A stretch of DNA of 64,000 nucleotides from positions 2,418,001 to 2,482,000 of the forward strand of contig MU004183.1 of the NCBI GenBank assembly GCA_010093605.1. The letters run 5' to 3'. Below the pieces are notes generated by a model. It saw nothing but the letters and a program-made list of their open reading frames with translations. It made no database searches and was not told where the DNA came from. The position numbers were made by a program, and so were the translations under genes. Position 1 is the stretch's first letter. Every line of letters begins with the position of its first letter. The DNA comes from Lophium mytilinum (lineage: Eukaryota). Of this stretch, positions 15,476 through 28,244 are shown piece after piece.

Positions 15476-18400
15476 CTACCCCTCCCTTTAAAAGCTAAAG
15501 TCCTATAAGGTTTATAACATATTATAGCTCCTTTATTCTTTCTATTCTATTTATATTAAGCTGCTTATGCAGCTCTCTTCTTTATATACTTACTATTATC
15601 TATAGTTATTAGTGCAGCCTTACTATATCTATTATTTCTATTCTTATATTCGCCCTTATATTTATCCTTATATTTATTCTTATAGTTACCCTTATATTTA
15701 TTCTTATAGTTATTCTTAAGTGCTGCAAGCAGACTATATAAATTAATCTAAGGCCTATTATTAACTTCTACCTATTAGAGTTCTACTTTAGGTTACCTAT
15801 ATAGAATAGCCTTCTTGCGAGATAACTTAGCTACCTAATAAGGTTGCCGTTTAAACTTACTTAGGCTAGTGCTAAGAATATTCTATAGGCCTACTATTAC
15901 TGCGGCAGCGCTTATACTCTTACCTATTATCTTTATAACCTCCTATTTAGACATGCTAAATATTAGATAAGGTTCTACTTTAAGGCTATGCTTATTATAG
16001 TACTCTATAAGGAGCTTATTATAGCTATCCGCGTTCTAGTAAGGTTTCTATTTAGGCCGGGTATTATTATAACTAGTCTAGGCCATCTTATATATAAGGT
16101 ATAGCTTCTTACCTATATATAGATCTAGTTAGCGGCCGTTAAATCTAGAATTAAGGACTTTATTAATATAGTACTACCCTATAAAGCTATCTTCTTCTAT
16201 CTTAAGTATAGGTAGGGGTTCTAGATATTATTCTAGAAGGGGCGGATTCTTATTAATTTAATAAAGTAGCCACGGGTGGAATACTAGAAAGATTCCTTTT
16301 ATAGACTTAGAAAGTTCTAGCTTATATACTATATTATTAATAATACGTGTTATATAGAAGAGACTAAGATTCTTATAGTTAAGAGACTTACTTAGTCGCG
16401 TAGTATAGATATTCTTAGTATTAAGCATAACTATATTATTAACTTTAAACTTAGGGGCTAGTAAGCAGTTCTAGTTAGCTAGTTTCTTTATTTTAGATTA
16501 ATTCTAATATAGTTTACCTTTAAGGAACTTACGTAATTTATAGATCCGTGTAATAAGCTTCTTAGCAGCGTCTACACCTTATTTCTCGGGCCCTAGTACA
16601 ATAATTTCTTGTAAAAAGAGTTTAAGGCCACTTTTTAGCGTGTATCCTTTAGTAGCCTTAAAGGGGGAGACGCTAGTAGACTAGTTAATATCTATATTAG
16701 CTTTAAACTTAGTAAAGGTAATAAGGTTTACCTAATTATTCTATAGGTAATAGATGTACGCGCGTAGATACTATTTTAAGCCCGCGTTAATAATTTTAGT
16801 TTATCTATTAGTCTCTAGATATACTATTATAGATAGCTTTAGGCGCGTCTCTACGCGTTTATATAAGTGTTTCTAGAAGAATAAGGTAAATTACATACTA
16901 TAGTTAGAAATAATATAGTCTAGATAGCCTTCTTTATACTAAATCTAGTTAATAAAGGCTTATATAACGTTCTCTAGCTCTATAGAGTCTAGAGAAATAA
17001 ACTTGCACTTCTTAGAGAGCCTATTAACTACTACTATAACGTGTTAGTACGTTCGGCCCTTAATAGTATAAGGGGGCAGCTTAGTAATAAAGTTAATAGA
17101 GATATCTATTTAGTAATAATTTAGAATTAGTAGTAGTTTAAGTAGGCTATACTTACTATCTTTATAAACCTTTATATATCTATATATATAGTAGGCGTTA
17201 ATATATATAGTAATAGAGTTTATAATTCCTAGCTAGTAGTACTAGAAGAAGAGGTAATAGTAGAGGGAGTTTCTTCTAGTATAGCCTTCTAGTAAAGAGT
17301 TATAGGCTTCCTTAATTAATTATATGCGGAGCTTTGCGTTATATAGAATATATAGGCGGCTATTAATAAATAGCCTATTCTTATAGATTTTATAGTTGCT
17401 AAGCTTAATTTTAATTTCTTATTTCTAAATTAGTTTAAGTAGAATTTATTATTTGCCTATTTCTTTAGCGTATATAATATGCTAGAGAATGTTATCCTCT
17501 ATATACGCGTAATTAATCCACTAAATAGTAGCGTTATTAGTATAGTTCCCTAGTAAGTCCTTATCTAACTTATTACTAGGCTTAGATACCTTTAGCGCTT
17601 CTTCTTTAGTAGTAGAATCTATAGGTACAGGTTTAGGGGTAAATAGTATAGTAATATTAGGGGTAGCGTTATATAGATCTTTATCTAACTTACTATAGTT
17701 AGCTATAGCCTTAGTTAAGCGCTTCTTCTTTTCTCTAGTTCTATTAGCAGCGAGAATAATATATAGAATATTAGTAGGGTGTTATTCTATAATATTATAT
17801 ATTAGTTAGGTAAGCCTCTTAATAGGGACTTCCTACTTATTTAGAAGCATGCTAGCGAGTTATAAGGCTTAATATATTTCTTCTAGCAGGTTTCTTTTTT
17901 TTAATACTATTTATATTTAATATTTAGTCCTAGAATTATTTAAATTGTCTAGAATATTGCTAGGCCTATAAGTAAGGCTATTAGGCTTAGTTAACTGCTT
18001 GCCTGGTCGCCAGTTTAGGATAAAGTTAAATTAAGAGAGATACTTAGCCTATCGGGCTTAACGGCGGTTTAGTTGCTTAAATAATATAAAGTATTCTAGA
18101 TTCTTATAGTCCGTCTATACTAGTATAGGGTTAATAATACTAGCGAGCTTAGGGCGCTATTTCTTAAAGGCGCAGATAATAGTAAGTAATTTCTTATTAT
18201 AGATCTTATAGTTGCACTTAGCTAGGGTTATCTTTTTAGAAAGAAAGGTAATAGGCTAAAGAATTCCATCTAGTTCTTATTAAGAAAGAATTGCGGCTAT
18301 AATATAGTTTAAGGCGTTAGTCTCTAGTATATAGTCTAGATCTAGATTAAAGTAGGCTAGAACTAGTGCGGATAGGAATAAGGCTTTAAGCTTCTTAAAG

Positions 18401-21400
18401 GCTTGCACTGCTAGACTATTAGTAAGTAAGGGAAAATTACTTTATTCCGTAGTTTTCTTAGTAAGCTCGGTTAATAGAGTAGTAATTTATAAGTATCCTA
18501 TAATAAATTATTAGTAAAAGTTATAGAAACTAAGGAATAATTATATATTCTTAATATTCCGGGGTAGCTTCTAGTTCTAGATAGCACTAACTTTAGTAGA
18601 GTCTATTTCTATTCTATTAGGTATAATAATTAGGCCTAGGTATTTAACTCTCTTAACTAAAAAGTAACACTTATTAATATTAAGGTAGAGGCCGGCGTTG
18701 CGTAGTATAGTTAGGACGTTTATATAGTCCTTCTTATAGTCTTTCTTATTATTACTATATATAAGAACGTTGTCTATATAGGCTATATAGTAGATATTAA
18801 AGTATAGTTATAGTATAGAATTAATAAAGAATTAGAATATTCTAGAAGCATTATATAAGCTAAAAGGTATAATATTAAATTTAAAGATACTATATTAGAT
18901 GCGGAATACTATTTTAGATTAATTACCTTCTTTAACACGGATATTATTAAAGGCTACAATAATATTAAAGATAGAGTATATCTTAGCTTTATAGAGCTAC
19001 GTAATTATATTATATAGAAGAGAAGGGGCGTTTCTATTCTTAACTATAATTTTATTTAGTAAGTAGTAATTAATATAGATATAGAGTCCTCTACCTAGTT
19101 TATAGATAATAATAACCGGCGCTATAAAGAGTAATATACTAGAATAGATAAAGCTTTTACTAAGCATTTTATTAATATAGGCTTTAACGGCCCGTAATTT
19201 ATTACAGGAAAGGCTATACTAACGCGGGACTAGTAGTTTTATATTAGGGTCTTTAAAATTAATAGCGTAATTAACGCCAGGCCTATATAGGGGTAGCTTA
19301 TTAGCTACTTATAGATTAAATATATTTAAAATCTAGTAGAAGAAGGGAGGAACCTTCTATTATAGCTAGTCCTTAGTATATAGTAATTTAGTTATTTTCT
19401 CTTTAAACCGGCGGTAGTTCTTAGTAGTAATACCTGCTAGGTTTACTACCTATTATCTATATATATATTACTTGTCTATATTCTATAGTTAATCTAGTTA
19501 CTTAAAGTTTTATAAACTAATAGTTATTACTATATCTTTATTACGTTTAGCTATAATAGAACAGGCGTACGCGGAGATAAATTAAATATTATATGCTAGC
19601 GGCTTATTTAGTAGAACTAGTTTAGGCGGAAGAGGCTTACTATTATAATTAAGCTAAGGGAAGTCTTCCGCGTCGTCGGGGCCTTTAACGGTCGGGGTAA
19701 GGTTAGAGTTAGAGTTAGAGTTAGGGTTAGGGTTATATTAAGAGCCGTAGAAGTCGCCTAGATTCTAGTATAGTTTAATTTTAATATATTTTAAATAGAT
19801 AAGGCTCTTTATAATAACTAGCCTACTATAATAGAGGTAGTTAGATATGCAATAGTTAGATTAGAAGACAAGTTATATCTTTCTAAAGCTAATAGTAGGG
19901 TTATAAAGTTAAAGCTAGGGCATGCCTAGAATTATATTATATTATCTAGTATTAGTAATATAGTAGGTAATAGTATTATAGTAGTTGCCTATATAGAAGG
20001 TAATATCTACTATATAGTCTAATATAATAGAGGGCTTACTATTAGTAAGCTTAAAAATAATAGGTTATAAAAGGGATTAGGTAGGTATCTTATAAAGGCG
20101 CGCGGTCTTTAAATAAAGAAACTAAGAGCCTAATTCTATATTAGAAAGGATCTTAGTAGTAAATAAATTAGAATTAGATTAGAGAATGCTACCTAAGAAG
20201 CTAAACTATTTACCGTTAACTAGTTAAGGCGTAAGCGCAGATATATGCATAATAACCGGTTTAATTTCTTATTCTAAAATAGTAATTCTATCTATAACTA
20301 CTCTTAATTTTCCATTATTAAAGGCCGTTAGAGGTCCTTAGTAGTAACTATTACTAAGGACTAAGTATTTTCTATTATCTTATTATAGGCAGAGCTAGTA
20401 TTTATAGCGCTAACGTTAATACTAGCAAGATTAATCTTATTTATAAGGCCGCTAACCTTATAGATTAGAACTAGCTATTAGCTAATATATAGTATATTGC
20501 TATTAGCTATATATCTACGCTCTAGATAGTTCTAGCAGCGGCCTAGCTACTTAAGGCGCGTAATAGTGCGGTAATCGCGACTAAAGAGGCCTAGAGAGTT
20601 ATTTATAGCGGTGCTTAAAGTAGCATTACTAGTATTATTCTTAGATATTTATTCCGCGTTAGTAAGCGGCGGGCAGCGAGGCGTAGTAGAGGATAATCTA
20701 GCGCTAGTAGCTTTATAGTTATTACATGTAGACTTTAGAGCGTTCTTATTCTTATAGGTATCCTTATTTAGTTTAATAATATTAAGCTAGAATTTTAAGG
20801 TCTAGAGAAACGCGATAAATATTATTATATTACTATCTTATCTATTAGCGGCCTTATATTTAAGGCTGTTAGTAAGATTATATTACATATAATAGATCTT
20901 CTCGGGGTCTTTAAGGTAGAGAGAGGCTACGCTAGTATTAAAGCGTTCTACCTAGGTTATTATACACTTATCTTTTTTCTATATAAACTTACTATTATGC
21001 AAATTAGTATATATATTAGCCGCCTTATTAAAAGGTCTATAGACCTTATCTAGATTATTAATTAGTTCTTCTATAAATAGGTATAGCTTATTACTATTAG
21101 GTTTAGCCTAATAGAAGATTATATTAAAGGCTTTTCTCTTAAGCCTATTACAGACGTATACTATATAATAATGCGCGGTGGCGTATAGTAGTATATAGAT
21201 ATCTAGCTTACTAAGTACCTATATGCGCCACTACTAATAGAATAGCTTATCTTTATTACTACTACTAAACTTATCTAGATCTAGATAGTAATATATCGCC
21301 GCGTACGCGCCTAGATCTTAAATAGGCGTAAATAGAGTAGTAGACTTACTCTTAATAGGTTTAAACTATAGAGGCTAGCTAATAGAATATTAATAAAGTA

Positions 21401-22269
21401 GAACTATAGGTATAGAAGAATAAGTACTATTATTATCTAAATTATAGTCGGGGTCTAGAGGCTATAGGTATGCAGCCCCCTATTAATAAATATATTATTT
21501 AAGCTCCTTAATATAGGTAGTAAGCTATTTACATATATTCTTAATTACGCAATATTTGCCACGCTAGTAATTACAGCAAAGGCGCATCTAGTTAAGCTTT
21601 TAGTTGGCCTAGCGGCTACTAGTAACATGCTAGAGCTACTTAGTATAGTAAGCCTCTAATTCTTATTCTACTATAGTAGTATTATTAGAGGTATTCTATT
21701 TATACTTCTAGTATTTATTCTAGAGGTTATTATAGAGCTTATCTTTTTTATTAGCTTTTTTAAAGCCTACTTTATACTCTATATAGAGCTTCTAGAAGAA
21801 TTTCTACTATACTAGATTATTTTTATTTACTGTAGCGGTAAACTCTATTTTATTAGTAACTATAGTATTAATAGTTATAGTACTATTACTATAATAGTTA
21901 AGAAGCTAGACCGGCAGCTATATATAGCGCTATAGGTTAGTTTCTTATAGTTTCTCTAGAATATCTATATACTTAGGTTTAGTATCTAGAACCTATTTAG
22001 TCTTATAGTATATAACTAGAATAGAGGCTTATTAGTCTACTATAGATACTTAGTAATAGGCGGCGCGCAGCTTACTACTACTAGCTTAAGCTTAAGGTTT
22101 ATGCATATTATCTTCTATAATAAATTAGATAGCGCGCTTATTTAATATATTAGCGCTAGACGTTATAAAGCCGCCTTTATTATTAGAGTTATAGTCTAGG
22201 TTAAGCTTATTAGTAATATTCTAGTTTAAGGTTCTAGTAGCGTAGACTTAATTATCTACTAAGCGTTTA

Positions 22270-22343
22270 GGGCGCTAAGTATTAGCGCGCTAGGCATTAG
22301 CGCGCTAGGCATTAGCGCGCTAGGTATTAGCGCGCTAAGTATT
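22270..22343. repeat. 15-bp minisatellite (ATTAGCGCGCTAGGC) x~5 in the gag region of element C
   Basis: Visible tandem units; period is a multiple of 3. Confidence 0.8.
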
Positions 22344-22749
22344 ATCTATAGTCTATAAGAAGGCTTAGGTCTCTTCTTAGGTATTTAGAATTAGTCCTCT
22401 AGTTCTATACCGGGAGCTAGAAATAATAGCTAGAATAGAAGAGCCTTTTACTGCGCCTTAAAAGCGCGTAAGGCGCGCGGCGCAGCGGGCTTTCTTATTG
22501 CTAGCGGTTAATAGGGTTATAGAAGTATTTAGGTTATCTTAAAGCCTAGCTATTAGATTAACTAGCTTATTTAAAGGGGGCGGTGCTAGATTATAGTCCG
22601 CTAGGTTAAATTTAGGTGCCGCGCGTAGCTATATAGCTAGGCCGGCAGGTAGATATTTAATTTATTTTAGTAGAAAATGCCTAGATCTTATAATAGAGTT
22701 CTAGAAAAAATTAATAAGATTCTAAGTATAGAAGAGTAAGCTTAGATTA

Positions 22750-22960
22750 TATAGGGGGCTAATATAATATAAGTAATAAGGTATATTAACTATTATAAAA
22801 ATCTAAGCTAAAAAGGAGGAAGAGAGCTAGGAGCTCTTAAGAGGTTATAGTTCGAGGCCGGCGCATAGGCCGCAGCCTAGCGCGTCTTACTTAGGTTATA
22901 TAAGGGGCGGCATATAACCTTAGCATGTAATTATTAGAATCCTAGGTTTATACTGTAATA
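22750..22960 (-). repeat. 5' LTR of element C
   Basis: Direct repeat of 15265-15475; TSD adjacent. Confidence 0.95.
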
Positions 22961-25539
22961 AACGCCCCCTAGATAGCTTACTTTAACCTAGATCTAGAAA
23001 TATAGGTAGAATATAATATATTTAATACTATTACGGTAGCTATACTATCTTAAATATAGACTAATAGTATTCTATATTCTATTATATTTATATTCTATTA
23101 AATAAGTATAGCCTAACTTAACTACTAGATTTATAATAAAGAACTTCTAGTAATTATCCGCGCCTTTAAGAAATAGTGTATAGAACTTACTAGATATAAA
23201 TATAGTAATCTAATTAAAGTTCTTTTAGATTACTATACCCTATAATACTTTATAGAAACTAAGTAGCTTAACTAATAATAGGCTAGATAGGCCGAGTTCC
23301 TCTCTAAATTTAACTTTTAAATTACTTACTAACTAGGTAAAAATAATAGTAAGGCTAATCTACTAACTAGACGCCTAGGTAATATACTAGATTAAGATAA
23401 TAAATGCTATAAAATCTAATAATAAATAATCTTAAAGAACTATAACCTAGAACTAGAAATATATTACGCTATTAAACTAGTATATATTATAACTAATAGT
23501 ATTACCTATAATATAGTCTCCCTTATAGTAATAATATATAACCTTAGTAAAGTAGAACTTAACTAAAAGAAGTCTTAGAATAACCTTAATAAAGAACTAT
23601 AGAAGCTACTAATATAGGGGGAGTTATAGAGAAACCCTATTAATAGTACTATAGAATAAGATATTATAGATTATATATAGGAAGCCCTTATTAATAACGC
23701 CGTTAGCAACGCTATTAAAGACGCTATTAGAGCTAAGCTACGCCGCCTACTAATAGATATTATTAAGAACTATAGCGTTAAGCTTAAACTCTATAATTAT
23801 ATAATTTATAATAGCCTTATCTTTATTTAGAAGAACCGCCTATATATTTCTACTAAGAAGAAACTCTATTTAGCTATTATTAAGAGTCTCTATAAGCCCC
23901 CTCTAGTTAGTTATAGTAGAATAATATCCACGTATAATTACATCTCTATGTACTATTTCTAGCCGCGTATAATATTTAATATTAATTATTACATTAAAGC
24001 CTATTAGCCGTGCAATTAAATTAAGCACGCTTATAAAGTAAAATAAGGCTTTCTTAAACTACTTCTAATTTCTAAATAATATTAGACTAATCTTATAGTT
24101 AATTTTATTAGACCTCTACTAATCTATATATAATTTAGACGAGACTACTAATACATTATAGTAGTTATTAATAGGCTTTCTAAGATGCATAAGTTTATTC
24201 TAATAGTAATAATAGACGCTAAGAAAGTAGCCTAAGCTTTTCTTAAATAGATATAGCGTACTAAAGGATACCTATAGACTATTATTTCTAACTAAGAATT
24301 ATAATTTATCTTAACTTTCTAGTCTTACTTATATAAATGCGTTAGAATAAAACTAAAACTCTCTACTACTTTCTATCTAGAAATAGATAGTTAAATAGAA
24401 ATTACTAATATAGGCCTAAAGTAGTACCTTTAAGCGTATATTAACTACTAGTAAGATAACTAAATTAACTTTTTTATAGTTACTAAATTTAAGGCTAACT
24501 TATTAAGAAACGCCTCTACTAGAGTAGCGCCCTTTATAGCTACTAAGGGCTATATTCCTAGTATAGGCACCGCGCTAGCCGCGCAACTACCTAAGAACGT
24601 AAACGCGAATATAAATATAAATATAAATATAAATGCACTAATAGTTTATCTTATAAAACTTATAGATAAATTTATTAATAGAATAGATAAGTTGCGCGCA
24701 TTTCTCTGCACGGAAATTAAATAGGCTTAGGCTAAGTAAAAGAAATATACTAACGCAGGATAATAACTAGCTTATACTTATTACCTAGGTAATTAAGTTA
24801 TATTAGATAGATACTTTATTAAAATAACGCGCCTAAATAAGAAGCTTAACTTTAAGAAGCTAGGCCCCTTTAAGATTCTAGAGAGCTATAAAAATAAAAG
24901 CGTATATAAGCTTAACCTACTAAAAGAAATAGAGAATATCTATTTAGTATTTTACCTATAGCTCCTCTATCTAGCTAACGCTATTCCTATAAAAGAATAA
25001 TGTAATTCTAAGCCTCCCCCTATTTAAATAACACCTATATACTAGAAAGGCAATACTAAAGAAGTTATAGATAGCTACCTAGATAGAAGACGTCTTAATT
25101 CTACTACTAGAAAAAGGGGCATACTATAATATAAGATTAAGTTTATTAGATAGAATAATAAGCCCTAATAGAATAACTATAACTATGCTAATAGTTACCC
25201 CTACCTTATTATAGATTTCTATAACTAATACCTAAAGAAACTAGGCCCTTACTTATTATTCTAATTACTATTAGACTAGAAACTAACCTTAGCTACTATT
25301 CTTGCCGTAATAGACCTTTATATAACTAATACTATAAAAGCTATATAATTTAATTACTAGACCGGCGGTTAAATTAATTTATTAAGAAGGCCTAACTATA
25401 GATATACGCAATAATTAAATATAATATAGCAGCGTAGATTATTATAAGTACCTAGTAGTAGGCTAGTAGCTATAAAGGCTATATAGCTTCTTATAGCCTT
25501 ATTATAGCTAGCCCTAGTTTAAAATAAATAATAAGATAA

Positions 25540-25592
25540 TAATACTATATATAGTAATACTATATATAGTAATACTATATATAGTAATACTA
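25540..25592. repeat. 15-bp minisatellite (TAATACTATATATAG) x~3.5 in the 3' region of element B
   Basis: Visible tandem units. Confidence 0.8.
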
Positions 25593-25837
25593 ATAGACTA
25601 TTAGAAGTACTATATAAGACTATACTAAGTAGTAAGACTATAGAAGGCTATATAAAAATAGAAAGAATAAATAATTCTCTATAAATTAATTTATTTCCTC
25701 TATTTAAATTATAACTATAGTATAACCTAGCACTTTATTTAATAGATATTTAAGTAATTATAGATACTCTAGTATAGAAAGAACTCTCTTATAAGAAGAA
25801 GGCTTTAATTAGGGGGCTTCTTTAGAGGGGGAAGACG

Positions 25838-26038
25838 TATTATAGCTATATATTTATGTATAATATATAACTAGAGGTTATATAATAGAGGCTCTATAGA
25901 ATAGATAAATATTACTCCGCCCCTTTAGGTTATTATAATATCTATTCTAGAAACCTCTTTCTCTCTTATATTTATCTTTTATTAATATTAATACTATTTA
26001 ATTTAATAATTCTAACGTTCTAACCTTAAGCCCTAATA
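25838..26038 (+). repeat. 3' LTR of element B
   Basis: Preceded by the polypurine tract and followed by TSD ATTAC. Confidence 0.93.
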
Positions 26039-26257
26039 ATTACTAATTAGGTTAATTTTTAGAAACCGTTAATACGGCTTAGTATTATTATAATAATCTA
26101 AAAATTCTACTAATTATAGAAGCTAATATCTTTTATTATTACTAAGAGTTAATTATAAGAATATAGCCTTAGCTAGCTCTATACTATTAAGTTTAAGGAC
26201 CTAATAGCTCTCTAAGAAGGCCTTAGAGGCGGCTAGAACTATAACTAAGCTACTAGA

Positions 26258-26462
26258 TATAATATTTCTATTTATATAATATAAGAATTTAGAGGATAAT
26301 AGATATTAATTCTATATAGAAATCTAGCTAGGCTATATATATATTAGAGAGGCCTATATAGGCCTTAATTACACTAGATCTATATAGGAAAGCGTTCCTA
26401 CAGTAGATCTATACATTACGTGCACGACATCCGAATATTAACCGTATATTAAGAATTCCACA
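26258..26462 (-). repeat. 5' LTR of element A
   Basis: Direct repeat of 32-236 ending ...AATTCCACA, exactly where AT-rich DNA gives way to GC-balanced DNA. Confidence 0.9.
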
Positions 26463-26862
26463 TCTGCACTCGTCGTAACAGCCCGACTTGGTTTCGTACC
26501 TGTGTCTCCGCAAAAAGCTGTCTTCGTAATAGCTGCCGTGACAGTGGTCACACGGATAGAGTGGTTTTGCGTTCATTGCGGAAGGAAAGATAGAATCATT
26601 AATTAGCTAGACGCGAAGGGCGTTGTTATAGAATTTCATGCTGTGTTTGTCCTAGGAAGATAGAAAGTCGGAGAATTGGAAACCTGAAGCAATTGGAGCA
26701 AATATCTCAAGCAAATGAAGCAAATCACCTCACGCAATTGTAGCAAACATAGAAAATTTGTAGAATGAATGAAACATCTGATGTTGGAGGTCTGGGAGTA
26801 TCTACATCCAAGTCACCTGGGTTCTACGCGTCACCTCAAAGGCCGCACTGAGAGACTGCTTT

Positions 26863-27255
26863 TCAACCGGCAGCCTCACTACCACCTCTCCCGCCCCTTG
26901 CTTCCATCCTAGTCACAGCCCTCTCAATCCTCTTCAAATTCTTTTTGATCTCCTTCAACGTCCTATCAACCGGGTAGTCCGCCAGAGTCTTGGAAGCCTT
27001 TTCCAACTCCCGCGACCATTTTACAAGGTCATCGATATCGTTGGTAGTATTCTGAGATAGTAACAGCCTGGCGATACGCATGTCAAGAGTTTTCTTCTTG
27101 GCTTCGAGACTGTCAAGGTCGCGTTGACAATCGGGCGCGATAGGCGCAGGCTCATCGAGCTCAGAGGACGAAGGGCTGGAATAATGGGGTCGGTTTTGAG
27201 GCTGATCTCGGGGATCATCGTCAGGAGTGGCAGATGGTTGAGTGGATTGTGTCAT
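26863..27255 (-). CDS. Hypothetical 130-aa protein with a coiled-coil-like C-terminal half
   Basis: ATG-initiated ORF, intronless as read, with heptad-like segments; no recognised family. Confidence 0.55.
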   Translation of the reverse strand: MTQSTQPSATPDDDPRDQPQNRPHYSSPSSSELDEPAPIAPDCQRDLDSLEAKKKTLDMRIARLLLSQNTTNDIDDLVKWSRELEKASKTLADYPVDRTLKEIKKNLKRIERAVTRMEARGGRGGSEAAG

Positions 27256-27452
27256 GTTGGGTGAACTCTCGTGACCTGATCGTCGCCTTTACACTTTATC
27301 TTGCGGATCCGTAAAGAAAGGCGTGGGTAGTGGCTGAAGTATCAGATGGCACGATCAAACTCTTTTGTAAAGCAAATCATTTGCGTTTGCCTGTGATCGG
27401 TTTGGTGGGATAGAAAGGCATACTGAGGAAAGATTGCCATTTGACTACATGT

Positions 27453-27968
27453 CTAGTTCGTGCCATCTTCACCCCAAACACCATCATCTGCGTGCCCTGG
27501 GGGGTTTGGCCCTGACCGAAATAAGTCCTCGCTCTTCTCCCATTCACTCTCCATATCCGTCAAGAATCCCTCCAGCCTGTGAACTTCAAATTCGACGCTG
27601 TCTATCTTGCTGCTCATATCCGCGATATCTGCGTCCGACATGTCTCTAGACACAGTGCTCATGTCCGCATCCGAAGAGACCAATGAGGTAGAGCCGAGTT
27701 TTGAGATGGCTTCTAGAGCGGCCTTATCGCTCTCGGTCTTTCCCGCAGTCGGTCCAAGTTTGGTAATACGTGATTTCATGTCTGCTTGTCTTGCCGCGCA
27801 TTGGTCTATACGGCGGTTCAGATCGGCCGCTGTAGGTTTAGCGTCCGTCATTTCAGGGGCTGCGATGGTATATCTGCTGGATGAAGCTGAGTCTCCAAGT
27901 CTGTCGTCCTGATACGGTATCGTAATCTTCGAAACAGTTGGCGGTGACCAACAAGCCTGAGGGGCCAT
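27453..27968 (-). CDS. Hypothetical 171-aa coiled-coil-like protein
   Basis: ATG-initiated ORF with a TATA-like TATATAAA just upstream on the minus strand (~27974-27981); no recognised family. Confidence 0.55.
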   Translation of the reverse strand: MAPQACWSPPTVSKITIPYQDDRLGDSASSSRYTIAAPEMTDAKPTAADLNRRIDQCAARQADMKSRITKLGPTAGKTESDKAALEAISKLGSTSLVSSDADMSTVSRDMSDADIADMSSKIDSVEFEVHRLEGFLTDMESEWEKSEDLFRSGPNPPGHADDGVWGEDGTN

Positions 27969-28244
27969 AGAGCTTTATATAGAAGTTGAGGTTGCGATTG
28001 CGCCGAGAAAGTGAATTGCCGCCTGACTTGGAAGTTTGATAAAGTGAAAAGGCACAGGTCTGGGGAGACTTTCCTCAAGCAGTCTCTGAAGTCGCTGAAC
28101 AACTTCAAATAGCGACAGACGAGTGTTTAAATGACTGCCTATATTTCGAGAGTTTCTGTCAGGAGACCTTGTTTGTTGCAACAATTCGGGTATCGAGCAT
28201 CTTCTAGAACATTCCAACACCGGCATAGCAAGTAGTAATGACGC

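Larger units (their letters stand above)
15265..22960 (-). mobile_element. Element C: RIP-degraded Ty3/gypsy (chromovirus-like) retrotransposon, 7696 bp, inserted in pol of element B
   Basis: 211-bp LTRs at 15265-15475 (starts TGTAGGGGG) and 22750-22960. Perfect TSD AACGC (15260-15264, 22961-22965). CTACCCCTCCCTTT at 15476-15489 is a minus-strand PPT. Minus-strand remnants: RT YID(D)VLIY at ~18760-18790, integrase ~16700-17300, chromodomain-like (W)YI(D)KVL(D)SRF at ~16140-16175. Element B's frame (AFINAP..AYF) rejoins across the insertion. Confidence 0.95.
9650..26038 (+). mobile_element. Element B: RIP-degraded chromodomain-bearing Ty3/gypsy (chromovirus-like) retrotransposon inserted near the 5' end of element A
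   Basis: 201-bp LTRs at 9650-9850 and 25838-26038. Perfect 5-bp TSD ATTAC (9645-9649, 26039-26043). PPT AGAGGGGGAAGA at ~25824-25835. Remnants: gag zinc knuckle CFSC..(H)...(C) at ~13101, protease IDS(G) at ~13550, RT YL(DD)ILIFS at ~14850, RNaseH from 22966, integrase ~23900-24900 with GPFKI, chromodomain-like EVIDS..YKIKF at ~25060-25150. Confidence 0.93.
32..26462 (-). mobile_element. Element A: RIP-degraded Ty3/gypsy LTR retrotransposon, outermost element of the nest (contains B and C)
   Basis: 205-bp direct repeats at 32-236 and 26258-26462 with T(G>A)...CA ends. 4-bp flanks are TCTA (28-31) and TCTG (26463-26466), one G>A apart. The pyrimidine run at 237-248 is a minus-strand PPT. Minus-strand remnants after reversing RIP changes: RT KFEFLVMPFGLCNAP (~5825-5880), integrase KWGIDLIGRLP..IDYATGWP (~4590-4700) and WFGPFKI (~3950-3990). 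Internal continuity is interrupted by N gaps. Confidence 0.85.

Noticed and set aside
15640..15720. 12-bp tandem repeats near the 3' end of element C (and hexamer run at ~24596-24636 in B)
   Set aside because: Ordinary low-complexity repeats inside TE sequence, exaggerated by RIP.
19701..19735. Telomere-like (TTAGAG)3(TTAGGG)2 run
   Set aside because: It lies inside pol of element C between protease and RT as an in-frame dipeptide repeat (N/D-P, N/D-S). Most simply a RIP-altered coding microsatellite, not a telomere.
26685..26765. Short repeated GCAAAT/GCAATT motifs
   Set aside because: Only a few imperfect copies in a probable 3' UTR/intergenic region; not distinguishable from slippage.
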